From: Spirochaetia bacterium
Lineage (GTDB): Bacteria; Spirochaetota; Spirochaetia; SZUA-6; Bin103
Assembly (NCBI GenBank): GCA_965203515.1
Contig: OZ241907.1
Coordinates: 1,437,730-1,501,729, forward strand
Length of the DNA stretch: 64,000 nt
Reading direction: 5' to 3'
The notes beneath the pieces are model-generated. The model was not told the origin of the DNA, made no database searches, and worked only from the letters and a program-made list of their open reading frames with translations. This document shows, piece after piece, positions 38,479 through 47,535 of this stretch (the first letter of the stretch is position 1; each line of letters opens with the position of its first letter). The position numbers were made by a program, and so were the translations under genes.

Positions 38479-39507
38479 TCAGACCGGATGCAGGCCGGGA
38501 AAGCCGAGTCCGGCGCGCTCGTCGAATCCGTACATGACGTTGAACGCCTGCACCGCCTGGCCGGCCGCTCCCTTCATCAGATTGTCCAGCGCGCTCATCA
38601 CCACCAGACGCCGCGAGCCGGCGTCGAGCTCGAAGCCGACGTCGCAGTAGTTGCTGCCGGCCAGGATCTTCGGCTCCGGGTAGCGGTAGATGCCGCGGCG
38701 GCCCTTGACGATCCGCACGAACGGCTCGTCCGCGTAGGCGCGGCGGAAGATGCGCCACACCGCCTTCTCATCGAGCGATTCCGTGAGGAAGACGTGCGCG
38801 GTCGCCAGCAGGCCGCGCACCAGCTCCACCGCGGTCGCGGAGAAGCTGAGCGGCAGCCGGTCGCCGAGCTCCTGCCGTATCTCCGCCTGGTGACGGTGTC
38901 CGGTCGGCTTGTAGGAGCGCACGCTGCCGGCTCGCTCGGGGTGGTGGCTGGCCGCGGTCGCCTCGTTGCCGCCTTCGCTCGACCCGGCCTTGACCTCCAC
39001 CACGACCTGGTCGACCACGCCGGCGGCCGCCAGCGGGAGCAGCGCCAGGATCGTCGCGGTGGCGTTGCACCCGCAGCCGGAGACCAGCGCCGCTCCCGCC
39101 AGCCGGTCGCGGTGCAGCTCCGGCATCCCGTACACGGCGTCGGCCAGCAGCTCCGGCCGCGGATGGCTGCGTCCGTACCAGCGCTCGTAGCCATCGGGGT
39201 CGCGCAGGCGGAAGTCGGCGCTGAGGTCGACGATGCGCTCGGCGACGCCGCGGAACCGGTCGATCCGGCCCATCGCCCGCCCGTGCGGGAGACACAGGAA
39301 CAACGCGTCGCACGGGTCCAGCTCGTCGGCCCTGACGAACTGCAGGTCGGTGACCCCGCGCAGGTTGGGATGCGCGTGGTGGACGTAGGTGCCGGCCAGC
39401 CGCTCGGAGGTCGCCTGCGCGACCGATACCTGCGGGTGGAACAGCAGCAGCCGCAGCAGCTCGCCGCCCACGTAGCCGGAGGCGCCGGCGATCGACGCGC
39501 GTATCAC
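38479..39507 (-). CDS. lysY: N-acetyl-gamma-glutamyl-phosphate / [LysW]-aminoadipyl-phosphate reductase (ArgC/LysY)
   Basis: [21 protein letters not shown] (NADP Rossmann) and catalytic Cys (SGCGCNATA). Confidence 0.85.
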   Translation of the reverse strand: MIRASIAGASGYVGGELLRLLLFHPQVSVAQATSERLAGTYVHHAHPNLRGVTDLQFVRADELDPCDALFLCLPHGRAMGRIDRFRGVAERIVDLSADFRLRDPDGYERWYGRSHPRPELLADAVYGMPELHRDRLAGAALVSGCGCNATATILALLPLAAAGVVDQVVVEVKAGSSEGGNEATAASHHPERAGSVRSYKPTGHRHQAEIRQELGDRLPLSFSATAVELVRGLLATAHVFLTESLDEKAVWRIFRRAYADEPFVRIVKGRRGIYRYPEPKILAGSNYCDVGFELDAGSRRLVVMSALDNLMKGAAGQAVQAFNVMYGFDERAGLGFPGLHPV

Positions 39508-40349
39508 GCCCCGGTCTGGCTGGCGCGGGCGATGGTGTAATCGACGACGTGGCCGGGAATGTCGACGCCGGTGGTGTCGATGCTGTTGCTGAACTCCATC
39601 GTGTAGTTTACCTCGTTGACCAGCAGGCCGTCATCGCTCTCCAGCAGGTCGACGCCGACCAGGCCGCCGCCCACGGCCCGCGCCGCGCGCACGGCAAGCT
39701 CGCCCAGTTCCGCGGTGACCGGCGCGCCGCTGGCGGTGCCGCCGAGCGCGGTATTGGTCTTCCAGTGCGCGGATGTCCGGTAGATGGCGGCGATGCAGCG
39801 GTCCCCCACCACGAAGCAGCGGATGTCGCGGCCCGGCTTGTCGATGTACTTCTGCACGAAGAAGATCGAGTGGTGGTAGGAACCGAGGATGCGCTTGTGC
39901 TCCAGGATCGATTCGGCCGCTTCCCGGTCGTTCACCTTGGCGAGCAGACGCCCCCAGGAGCCGACCGCCGGCTTCAGGACCACCGGGTAGCCGATCTCCT
40001 CGATCGCCTGCAGCGCGGACCGGTCGGTAAAGGCCACGCGGACCTCCGGCTGCGGCACGCCGTGCTCGCGCAGCGCGACGGCGGTGAGGATCTTGTCGCC
40101 GCACACCTGCGCGACCCGGTAGCTGTTGAGGCAGCGTATGCCGGCGCTTTCCAGGAGGCGCAGGGCGTGCAGCGCCCGCGAGTGGTTGATGCACCGCTCC
40201 AGGACCACGTCGACCGGCGGGCAGCGGTGCAGGTCGAATACCAGCTCGCGGTCGTCGATCAGCGTCACCTGCACGCCGCGCGCGCGGAACGCGGCAAGGA
40301 GGAGCTTCTCCTCCTTGCGTATCAGCGAGTGCAGGACGCCGATTCTCAC
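39504..40349 (-). CDS. lysX: ATP-grasp ligase, RimK/LysX family (attaches amino acid to the LysW C-terminus)
   Basis: ATP-grasp motifs ([28 protein letters not shown]). The GTG start overlaps the lysW stop (GTGA). Confidence 0.8.
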   Translation of the reverse strand: MRIGVLHSLIRKEEKLLLAAFRARGVQVTLIDDRELVFDLHRCPPVDVVLERCINHSRALHALRLLESAGIRCLNSYRVAQVCGDKILTAVALREHGVPQPEVRVAFTDRSALQAIEEIGYPVVLKPAVGSWGRLLAKVNDREAAESILEHKRILGSYHHSIFFVQKYIDKPGRDIRCFVVGDRCIAAIYRTSAHWKTNTALGGTASGAPVTAELGELAVRAARAVGGGLVGVDLLESDDGLLVNEVNYTMEFSNSIDTTGVDIPGHVVDYTIARASQTGA

Positions 40350-40510
40350 TCGCCCCAGTCCTCGTCTTCCTCCGGCGCCTCGGCCAGCGTGACGGGATCG
40401 AGCGAGGTCACCTCCAACCCCGTGCCGCACTCGGGACAGTCCTTCGTCTCCGACTTCTCGACGTTGGCGGGCAGCGGTACGTCGGCATCGCACACGGGAC
40501 AAGCAGGCAT
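40346..40510 (-). CDS. lysW: amino-group carrier protein LysW (54 aa; zinc ribbon + acidic C-terminal EDWGE)
   Basis: Own translation (below the track size cutoff): [54 protein letters not shown], with AGGAGG SD 7 nt upstream. Coordinates are plus or minus 2 nt. Confidence 0.8.
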   Translation of the reverse strand: MPACPVCDADVPLPANVEKSETKDCPECGTGLEVTSLDPVTLAEAPEEDEDWGE

Positions 40511-40612
40511 CGATTCATCCTCCTATCGAATGGATGGTGTTCTGAATCGGTAACTGTACTGCGATGACCGGCATACGGACAAGGGGAGCCGCCGTCGCGG
40601 GCGCCGCCTCCG

Positions 40613-40680
40613 ATTTTCATTAATTCACGTTCATCTCATTAATGCGACTTGACAAGGATAATGAACCTTGCTTCACTGCC
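40613..40680. promoter_or_regulatory. AT-rich island in the divergent lysW/fbpA intergenic region with Fur-box-like hexamers and a -35-like TTGACA
   Basis: ttttCATTAATtcacgttcatcTCATTAATgcgacTTGACAagGATAATGAAccttgcttcact sits in an otherwise 70% GC context, directly upstream of an iron ABC transporter. Confidence 0.4.
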
Positions 40681-40707
40681 TCCATTCTCATCAAGGAGGT
40701 CTCCCCC

Positions 40708-41730
40708 ATGAGACGCATGTTCCTCTGCCTTACCGTGATCGCCGCCGCGCTGGCCGCGGCCGGCCCGGCCCTGGCCGACGGTGAGGTCAACGTCTACTCG
40801 CATCGCCACTACGACACCGATCAGGCGCTCTACGACCGGTTCAGGGAGCTGACCGGGATCACGGTCAACGTGCTGCAGGGCAGCGCCGACGAGCTGATCG
40901 AGCGCCTGTCCCGCGAGGGCGCGGCATCGCCGGCCGACGTGCTGATGACCGTCGACGCCGGCCGCCTGGTACGGGCGCAGGCGATGGGCCTGCTGCAGCC
41001 GGCCTCGTCGGCGCTGCTGGACGCCAACGTTCCGGCCCACCTGCGCGACCCGGACGGCCACTGGTTCGGACTCACGCGGCGCGCCCGGGTCATCGTCTAC
41101 CACCCGGACCGCGTCTCGCCGGCCGCGCTGTCGACCTACGCCGACCTCACGCATCCCCGTTGGCAGGGGCGCATCCTGATCCGGTCGTCGTCGAACATCT
41201 ACAACCAGTCGTTGCTGGCGTCGATCATCGCCCATGAGGGCGAGGCGGCGGCCGCCGCCTGGGCCGCCGGGCTGGTCGCCAACATGGCGCGCGCGCCGCA
41301 GGGCAATGACCGCGACCAGATGAAGGCGGTCGTCGCCGGCGAAGGCGACCTGGCGATCGTGAACACCTACTACGTCGGCCGTCTGATCGAATCCGCCGAC
41401 CGATACGAGCGAGAGGTCGGCGCGCAGGTGCGGGTGTTCTTCCCGAATCAGGGCGACCGCGGCGCCCACGTCAACGTCAGCGGCGCCGGGGTCACGGCCG
41501 GCGCCGGGAACCGCGGCAACGCGGTCGAGCTGCTGGAGTTCCTGACCGGCGCGGAGGCGCAGGAGCGGTTCTCCGCGGCCAACTACGAGTATCCGGTCAA
41601 TCCCGCGGTGAGCCCGTCGCCGCTGCTGCAGTCGTGGGGCGCATTCGTCGCCGACGATCTGCCGTTGCACCGGCTGGGCGATCTGAACGCGGACGCGGTG
41701 CGCGTCTTCGACCACGCCGGCTGGCGGTAG
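40708..41730 (+). CDS. Fe(3+) ABC transporter substrate-binding protein (FbpA/AfuA family)
   Basis: Signal peptide, then GEVNVYSHRHYDTDQALYDRFRELTGITVNV...SPADV...; AGGAGG SD. Confidence 0.8.
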   Translation: MRRMFLCLTVIAAALAAAGPALADGEVNVYSHRHYDTDQALYDRFRELTGITVNVLQGSADELIERLSREGAASPADVLMTVDAGRLVRAQAMGLLQPASSALLDANVPAHLRDPDGHWFGLTRRARVIVYHPDRVSPAALSTYADLTHPRWQGRILIRSSSNIYNQSLLASIIAHEGEAAAAAWAAGLVANMARAPQGNDRDQMKAVVAGEGDLAIVNTYYVGRLIESADRYEREVGAQVRVFFPNQGDRGAHVNVSGAGVTAGAGNRGNAVELLEFLTGAEAQERFSAANYEYPVNPAVSPSPLLQSWGAFVADDLPLHRLGDLNADAVRVFDHAGWR

Positions 41731-41754
41731 CGCGGCCGCCCGACAACGCGAAAC

Positions 41755-41789
41755 GCGGGCCGGGAAACGCCGCCGGCGGTCCGGCCCGC
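41755..41789 (+). terminator. GC-rich intercistronic stem-loop after fbpA (9-bp stem GCGGGCCGG/CCGGCCCGC), probable attenuator or terminator without U-tract
   Basis: Inverted repeat read directly, followed by an AT-rich stretch (ttgaatatgcctatacc...) before fbpB. Confidence 0.4.
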
Positions 41790-41865
41790 CCTTGCGCAAT
41801 CGGTTTGAATATGCCTATACCTACTTAACGTAGCTTGATTCATATGGTACCGGCTCGGACACGGC

Positions 41866-43647
41866 ATGGCTGACCTGCTGGCGGTACGGCTGCCCCGCCT
41901 CCTGCGCACCGGTGCGCTCCGGCGGCGGGCTGCCTGCGCCGCCGCGTCACGCGGCTGGCTGGCGGCGCCGATCACGGCCGGCGTGCTGATCGGCGCGCCG
42001 CTCCTGGTCGTGATCGCCAACCTGGGCGGCGTCTTCTCGGCGGAGATGGGTCACCTGCTGCGCACGGTGCTGCCGCGCTACGCGGGCACCACGGCCGCCC
42101 TGGTCGCCCTGGTCGCCGCGCTCTGCGCGCTGGTCGGCGTGACCGCCGCGTGGCTGGTGACCGTATACGATTTTCCCGGGCGGCGGGCGTTCGGGTGGCT
42201 CCTGGTGCTGCCGCTGGCCATCCCGACCTACATCGGCGCGCTGGCCTACGGCGGCATCTTCGACTACACGGGGCCGGCGCAGTTGCTGTTCCGGGAGGTG
42301 CTGGGCGTGCCGGCCGGCGCCTATCCGACCCTGCGGGTGCGCGGCTTCGGCGGGCTGACGTTCGTGCTCGCGGCGCTCCTGTATCCGTACGTCTACCTCA
42401 CCGCGCGCGCGGCCTTCACCCAGCAGGGCGCGACCCTGCTGGAGGTGACCCGCAGCCTGGGAAGCTCCGGCGCGGAGGCGTTCGCCCGCGCGGTGCTCCC
42501 CGCGACCCGGCCGGCCCTGGCCGCCGGCGTGATGCTGGCGGCGATGGAAGCGCTCGGCGAGTTCGGCGCCTCGCACTACCTGGGGGTCGATACCCTGACG
42601 ATCGGCATCTTTCGCGGCTGGTTCGGGCTCGGCAGCATACGCGTCGCGCTGGCGATGGGGGCGCTGCTGCTGATCGCCGTCGCGCTGCTGCAGGCGGTCG
42701 AGCACCGCCGGCGCGGCGCGGCGCGGTTCTGCGGCGCGGCGCTGCACGACCGCCCCCTGGTCCGCCGCCGGCTGCGCGGCGCCGCGGCGCTGGCCGCCTG
42801 GGTCGCCTGCGCGGTGCCGGTGATCACGGGATTCGCGCTGCCGGCGGGGCAGCTCCTGTGGTGGGCCGGCCGCCGCCTGCCGGCCTTCGACGCCGATCTG
42901 CTCCGGCTGACGGCCACCAGCATCGGCCTGGCCGCGACCGCGACCGGGGCCACGGTGGTGCTGGCCGTGCTGGTGGCATACGCGGCCCGGGTTCGCAAGG
43001 ATCGGCTGGCCGGCGCGCTGGCGCGCTGGTCGGCCGCCGGCTACGCGGTGCCGGCGGCGGTGCTGGCGGTCGGCATCGCCACCGCCTACACCTGGGTCGA
43101 CCATCGGCTGAACGGCGCGGCGCGCGCCCTGCTCGGCGTCTCGCCCGGGCTGCTGTTGACCGCTTCCGGCCTGGCGCTGATCGCCGGCTACGTGGTGCGG
43201 TTCTTCGCCGTGGGATACCACGCGGTCGATGCCGGCTTCGCCCGCATCCCGGCCCGGTTCGACGAGGTGGGCCGCGTGCTGGGATTCCGGCCAGGGCGCG
43301 GGCTGCTGCACGTCGCGTTGCCGAATCTGCGGCCCGCCTTGCTGACGGCGTCGATCCTGATGATCGTGGAGATGCTGAAGGAGCTGCCGTTGACGCTGAT
43401 CCTGCGGCCGTTTCGCCTGGAGACGCTGGCCACCAACGTGTTCCGGTTGGCCGGCAACGAACAGCTCATCGACGCGGCGCCGTACGCGCTGGTGATCATC
43501 GCCGCCGGACTCGGCCCGGTCCTGATCCTCAATCGCGCGGTCGGGGCCAATCGCGCGGCCGGGGCCAGTCGCGCGGCCGGGGCCGGCCGCCGGCGCGCAC
43601 GGCCGCGGTCACGGCCGGTCGATGCTGCGGCTCCGGCGCAAGCGTAA
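41866..43647 (+). CDS. iron ABC transporter permease (fused two-domain FbpB-like)
   Basis: 12-TM duplicated BPD_transp_1 architecture, with EAA-like loops. Confidence 0.8.
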   Translation: MADLLAVRLPRLLRTGALRRRAACAAASRGWLAAPITAGVLIGAPLLVVIANLGGVFSAEMGHLLRTVLPRYAGTTAALVALVAALCALVGVTAAWLVTVYDFPGRRAFGWLLVLPLAIPTYIGALAYGGIFDYTGPAQLLFREVLGVPAGAYPTLRVRGFGGLTFVLAALLYPYVYLTARAAFTQQGATLLEVTRSLGSSGAEAFARAVLPATRPALAAGVMLAAMEALGEFGASHYLGVDTLTIGIFRGWFGLGSIRVALAMGALLLIAVALLQAVEHRRRGAARFCGAALHDRPLVRRRLRGAAALAAWVACAVPVITGFALPAGQLLWWAGRRLPAFDADLLRLTATSIGLAATATGATVVLAVLVAYAARVRKDRLAGALARWSAAGYAVPAAVLAVGIATAYTWVDHRLNGAARALLGVSPGLLLTASGLALIAGYVVRFFAVGYHAVDAGFARIPARFDEVGRVLGFRPGRGLLHVALPNLRPALLTASILMIVEMLKELPLTLILRPFRLETLATNVFRLAGNEQLIDAAPYALVIIAAGLGPVLILNRAVGANRAAGASRAAGAGRRRARPRSRPVDAAAPAQA

Positions 43648-44740
43648 CGCGCCGACCCGCTCCGGCGGCGACCTGACGCTCAGCGCCGTAAGCAAGCGGT
43701 TCAAGGGGAGCGCGGCGCCGGCCCTGGACCGCGTTTCGCTCACCGTTCAGGAAGGGGGGACCACCGCCGTCCTGGGCGAGAGCGGCAGCGGCAAGACCAC
43801 GCTGCTGCGCCTGGTGGCCGGCTTCGAGGAGCTCGATGCCGGCACGATCGAAGTGGGCGATCTGCGGGTCGCCGGCGGCCGGCGCTCGCTGCCGCCGGAG
43901 GAGCGCAACGTCGGCGTCGTCTTTCAGGACACCGCGCTGCTGCCCCACCTGACGCTGCGGCAGAACATCGCGTTCGGGTTGCAGCGCCTGCCGGAACCGG
44001 CGCGCGAGCAGCGCGTCGACGCGGTCGTCGAGCTGGTGCGGGTCGGCGACGCGCAGGACCGTTATCCGCATCAGGTGTCGGGCGGCCAGGCGCAGCGCGC
44101 TGCGATCGGCCGCGCGCTGGCGCCGCGGCCGCGCGTGCTGCTGCTCGACGAACCGCTCAACAACCTGGATGGCCCGCTGCGCGATCGGCTCATCGACGAG
44201 CTGCGTTCGATCCTGGCTCTGCGCACCACCACGGCGATCTTCGTCACGCACGACCGTGACGAGGCGTTCCGCATCGCCGACCGGGTGGCCGTGCTGCGCA
44301 ACGGCCGCCTGCAGCAGACCGGCACGCCCGAAGAGCTCTACTGGTCGCCCGCCAACGGCTTCGTCGCTTCCTTGCTGGGCAAGACCAACCTGCTCGGGGT
44401 GCGGCGCAACGGCGCCGGCTGGGTCACCGATCTGGGGCCGGTCGACGCCGCGCAGCCGATCGACGCCGGCGGCCGGCGCGTGGTGTCGATCCGTCCCGGC
44501 CAGGTGCGCGTGTCGGCCGCGGCGACCGACGGCCCGAGCCGCGCCGGCCCGAGCCGGCCCGGCACGGTGGTGACCGAGCGGTTCCTGGGCGAGGTGCGGG
44601 AGCTGACGATCGCCCTGCACGGCGAACGCGGACCGTTGCAGGTCATCGCCCACGCCGGCGCCGCAACCCGCTTCGCCGCCGGCGACCACGTGTTCGTCTC
44701 CCTGCGGACGGATCAGGAAAGGCGCGGCCGACCGGGCTAG
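43622..44740 (+). CDS. ABC transporter ATP-binding protein (FbpC-like, with C-terminal TOBE-like domain)
   Basis: Walker A GESGSGKTTLLR, signature VSGGQAQRAAIGRAL, Walker B LLLDEP. Confidence 0.85.
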   Translation: MLRLRRKRNAPTRSGGDLTLSAVSKRFKGSAAPALDRVSLTVQEGGTTAVLGESGSGKTTLLRLVAGFEELDAGTIEVGDLRVAGGRRSLPPEERNVGVVFQDTALLPHLTLRQNIAFGLQRLPEPAREQRVDAVVELVRVGDAQDRYPHQVSGGQAQRAAIGRALAPRPRVLLLDEPLNNLDGPLRDRLIDELRSILALRTTTAIFVTHDRDEAFRIADRVAVLRNGRLQQTGTPEELYWSPANGFVASLLGKTNLLGVRRNGAGWVTDLGPVDAAQPIDAGGRRVVSIRPGQVRVSAAATDGPSRAGPSRPGTVVTERFLGEVRELTIALHGERGPLQVIAHAGAATRFAAGDHVFVSLRTDQERRGRPG

Positions 44741-45861
44741 GCCAGCCGGCCGAGCAGCGCCGGCGCCGGCGCCAGACGAATCCCTTCCGGCGTCCGAGCG
44801 TCTTTGGCGCCGACGGCGCTGATCTGCCACGCGGCGGCATCCGGAAAGCGGAGCTTCAGGTACCGAAGGCCGCCGTCTACCTTCGCGTCCGACCACTTCG
44901 TCTCCACCAGCAGCACCGGGACGTTCCGTTCGGTCACGACGAAGTCGACCTCACGACCGTCCCGGTCGCGGAAGTAGCGAAGGTCCAGGTCTCTCCCTTC
45001 GGCGTCCTGTTGCTGGTCGACCCACTTCAGGAGCGCCATCGCCACCAGGTTCTCGAATCGCTGCGGCAGCTCGGGAACCAGCGTCCAGTCGAACAGGTAG
45101 TGCTTCTGCGCCTTCTTGACGGCGCGAATCGCCGGCGATCCGAACGGACTCACCCGCACCAGGGCGTACAGACGCTCCAGGGCCGCAACCCAGCGCCGCA
45201 CCGCGTCGTGGCTGACGCCGAGATCCTCGCGCACCGCGTTGAGCGAAAGCGGCGCGCCGACCAGCTCCGGCAGCCTCAGCGCCAGCAGCTCCAGGTTGCC
45301 CAGATCGACGATCTGCTCCAGCGATCCGACCTCCTCGCGGATCAGCAGCGTCCGGTAGTCGCGCGACCAGCGGCGCGCGGCGCGCTCGGAGCCGGAGAAG
45401 AACGGCTCCGGGAATCCGCCCAGACGCAGCAGATCGTGCAGCGACGCCGGGTCGCCCAGCTCCGCGACCGACAGCGGATGCAGCCGATGCAGGTGGTACC
45501 GTCCCTGCAACGAGTCGCCGCCGCGGCGGTAGGCGTCCAGCCGAGCGCTGCCGGTCACCAGGATGCGCGGCTCCCGGCCGGCTCCGTCGTACAGGCCCTT
45601 CAAATAATCCCGCCAGGATCGATACTTGTGCAGCTCGTCGAACGCGATCACGTTCACCGGCGGCAATTCGCGGGCCAGGATCGATCGGCGGTGCTCGGGG
45701 ACGTCCCAGCTCAGGTAGCCGGCGGGATCGATCAGAATCGCCTTCGCCAGCGTCGTCTTGCCGACCTGCCGGGGGCCGGCCACGAAGACCATCTTGGTCT
45801 CCAGGTCCGCCCGCACGGCCGCTTCCAGGGAGCGCCGAAGCATGGACGCACCATACGGCAA
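44737..45861 (-). CDS. AAA-family ATPase with DUF4143 (ATP-binding protein)
   Basis: VFVAGPRQVGKTTLAK Walker A, then the DUF4143-like C-terminus. The track TTG start may be replaced by the ATG at 45843. Confidence 0.7.
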   Translation of the reverse strand: MPYGASMLRRSLEAAVRADLETKMVFVAGPRQVGKTTLAKAILIDPAGYLSWDVPEHRRSILARELPPVNVIAFDELHKYRSWRDYLKGLYDGAGREPRILVTGSARLDAYRRGGDSLQGRYHLHRLHPLSVAELGDPASLHDLLRLGGFPEPFFSGSERAARRWSRDYRTLLIREEVGSLEQIVDLGNLELLALRLPELVGAPLSLNAVREDLGVSHDAVRRWVAALERLYALVRVSPFGSPAIRAVKKAQKHYLFDWTLVPELPQRFENLVAMALLKWVDQQQDAEGRDLDLRYFRDRDGREVDFVVTERNVPVLLVETKWSDAKVDGGLRYLKLRFPDAAAWQISAVGAKDARTPEGIRLAPAPALLGRLA

Positions 45862-45925
45862 TTTTTGGCGGGTGCCAAAAACCGCCGCGTCAATTTTCGG
45901 CTCCTGCCAAAAACTGCCGACGGCC
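45862..45925. promoter_or_regulatory. AT-rich element with palindrome TTTTTGGCgggtGCCAAAAA and two further TTTTTGGCA/GCCAAAAAC repeats upstream of the DUF4143 ATPase gene
   Basis: Direct reading of the 45.86-45.93 kb spacer between the ABC-2 permease and the ATPase. Candidate dimeric-regulator operator. Confidence 0.3.
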
Positions 45926-45946
45926 GCTCAGTCGGTCAGGAGCGGC

Positions 45947-46732
45947 TCATGCCGACGCCCCGGAGTAGCGGCGCAGTCCGCGCGTCCAGACGAGGCGCGC
46001 GGCCGCCAGGGCGCCGGCCGCCACGCCCCAGGCCAGCAGGACGCGGCCGCCGGTGAGCCGGCCGACCAGCGCCTCGGCCGGCACCGTGATGGCGATCGCC
46101 ACCGGCACCACGAAGGTGAGCACCATGCGCAGCCAGTTCGGGTAGATGCCGATCGGCCACCGCGCCGCCCCATACAGGTCGCTGAAGATCAACAGGATGT
46201 TGTCGATGCGCAGGAACCAGAAGGAGACCGACGCCAGGGCCAGCAGGAAGCTGTAGATGATCGCGCCGCCGGCCAGCAGCATCAGCGCGAACAGGGCCAG
46301 GTCGGCCGGCCCCACCGCCGCGCTGCGCCGCGCCAGCGCCACCCCCAGCACGACCAGCCCCAGCGCCACGTCGACCAGCTTCCACACCCGCATCTCGGCT
46401 ACGCTGACCAGGAACTGCGCCTCCTCCGGCTTGGTCAAGGTATAGTCCAGGGTGCCCTGCCGCACGTCCTCTATCAGCTTCTGCATGCTCGGCTCGATCA
46501 CCCCGCCCATCGCGGCGCCCATCAACAGATAGACGCCGAGCACGGCCAGCACCTCGTTCGGCCCCCACCCGCGCAGCGTGTCGGTATGGCCGAACACCAC
46601 CACCAGCCCGCCAATCGCCCCCGCCACCGCCACGCCCGACTGCATGACCTGCAGGTACAGGTTGGCGCGATACGCCAGCTCGTTCAGCAGGCCGATCCGC
46701 AAGAAGGTCCATGCCACCCGCAGGCGGTGCAT
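45947..46732 (-). CDS. ABC-2 family transporter permease
   Basis: MHRLRVAWTFLRIGLLNELAYRANLYLQV..., a 6-TM ABC-2 membrane-protein pattern. The upstream part of the track ORF is shadow. Confidence 0.7.
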   Translation of the reverse strand: MHRLRVAWTFLRIGLLNELAYRANLYLQVMQSGVAVAGAIGGLVVVFGHTDTLRGWGPNEVLAVLGVYLLMGAAMGGVIEPSMQKLIEDVRQGTLDYTLTKPEEAQFLVSVAEMRVWKLVDVALGLVVLGVALARRSAAVGPADLALFALMLLAGGAIIYSFLLALASVSFWFLRIDNILLIFSDLYGAARWPIGIYPNWLRMVLTFVVPVAIAITVPAEALVGRLTGGRVLLAWGVAAGALAAARLVWTRGLRRYSGASA

Positions 46733-46734
46733 GC

Positions 46735-47526
46735 TCAGGACCCCACCGCCGCGTACTTGCGGACGCCCAGCCGCCATACCGCGCCGAGCAGCGCCAGGCC
46801 GATCGCCAGCCAGAGCGCCTGCATACGGAATCCGGCGGCGATCAGCTCGGGGCCGAGCCGGCCGAGCGCCAACTCGACCGGGAACCACACCACCCACCGG
46901 AACGGCAGGTACCAGGTGGCGCGCTCCATCCAGCCCGGCAACAACTCCAGCGGGGCCAGCCGCCCGGAGCAGAACAGCAGCGCCAGGAAGTAGATCTGGT
47001 TGAGCGCCGCGGTGCGCGTGGTCCAGAACGCGGTCAACGCGAATGTCCAATCGAAGAGGAAGCGGATACCGTACCCGGCCGCCAGCGCGGCCGCCGCCAA
47101 TGCCAGCATCGCCGCGTCCGGCTCGAAGGCGGGCTTGAACAGGACCGACAGCAGCGCCGCCGCCGGCACGATGATCACCAGCGTCAGCGCCTTGTAGCCG
47201 AGGTTTTCGGCGATGTCGCTGTGGATGGGATGGATCGGCTTGAGCAGCAGCGACGACAACTCGCCGGAGCGCACGCGCCACCCGAACTCGTGGATGATCC
47301 AGGCGAAGGTGAGCTGGTTCACCACCATCAGGACGATGAAGTAGGCGGCGAAGTCGGCGGCTTCGTACCCGCCCACGCCGCCGCGCGCCGCGGCCACGGT
47401 CCGCCACACCACCAGATAGACCGTCGGCTCGACGATTCGGTTCAGCATCCAGATCGCCAGGGCGACGCGGTACTGGAACTGCTCCGCCAGCGACGTCTTC
47501 AGATAGACCCAGTAGATGCGGAGCAC
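46735..47526 (-). CDS. ABC-2 family transporter permease (second subunit)
   Basis: MLRIYWVYLKTSLAEQFQYRVALAIWML...; paralogous to the downstream permease. Confidence 0.7.
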   Translation of the reverse strand: MLRIYWVYLKTSLAEQFQYRVALAIWMLNRIVEPTVYLVVWRTVAAARGGVGGYEAADFAAYFIVLMVVNQLTFAWIIHEFGWRVRSGELSSLLLKPIHPIHSDIAENLGYKALTLVIIVPAAALLSVLFKPAFEPDAAMLALAAAALAAGYGIRFLFDWTFALTAFWTTRTAALNQIYFLALLFCSGRLAPLELLPGWMERATWYLPFRWVVWFPVELALGRLGPELIAAGFRMQALWLAIGLALLGAVWRLGVRKYAAVGS

Positions 47527-47535
47527 GGGCCTGGC

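Noticed and set aside
40408-40620. 70-aa minus-strand ORF overlapping lysW in another frame
   Set aside because: lysW is clearly encoded in the alternate frame with SD and zinc-ribbon/EDWGE motifs. The 70-aa ORF has no features.
40511-40707. Possible lysine riboswitch or leader-peptide attenuator upstream of lysW
   Set aside because: No L-box-like conserved helices and no Lys-rich leader peptide were found by eye. Only the AT-rich Fur-like island stands out.
45877-45905. Sigma-54 promoter (TGGCAC...TTGC) in the TTTTTGGC repeat region
   Set aside because: The spacing between TGGCAC and TTGC is 10 nt rather than 5, which is inconsistent with a -24/-12 promoter.
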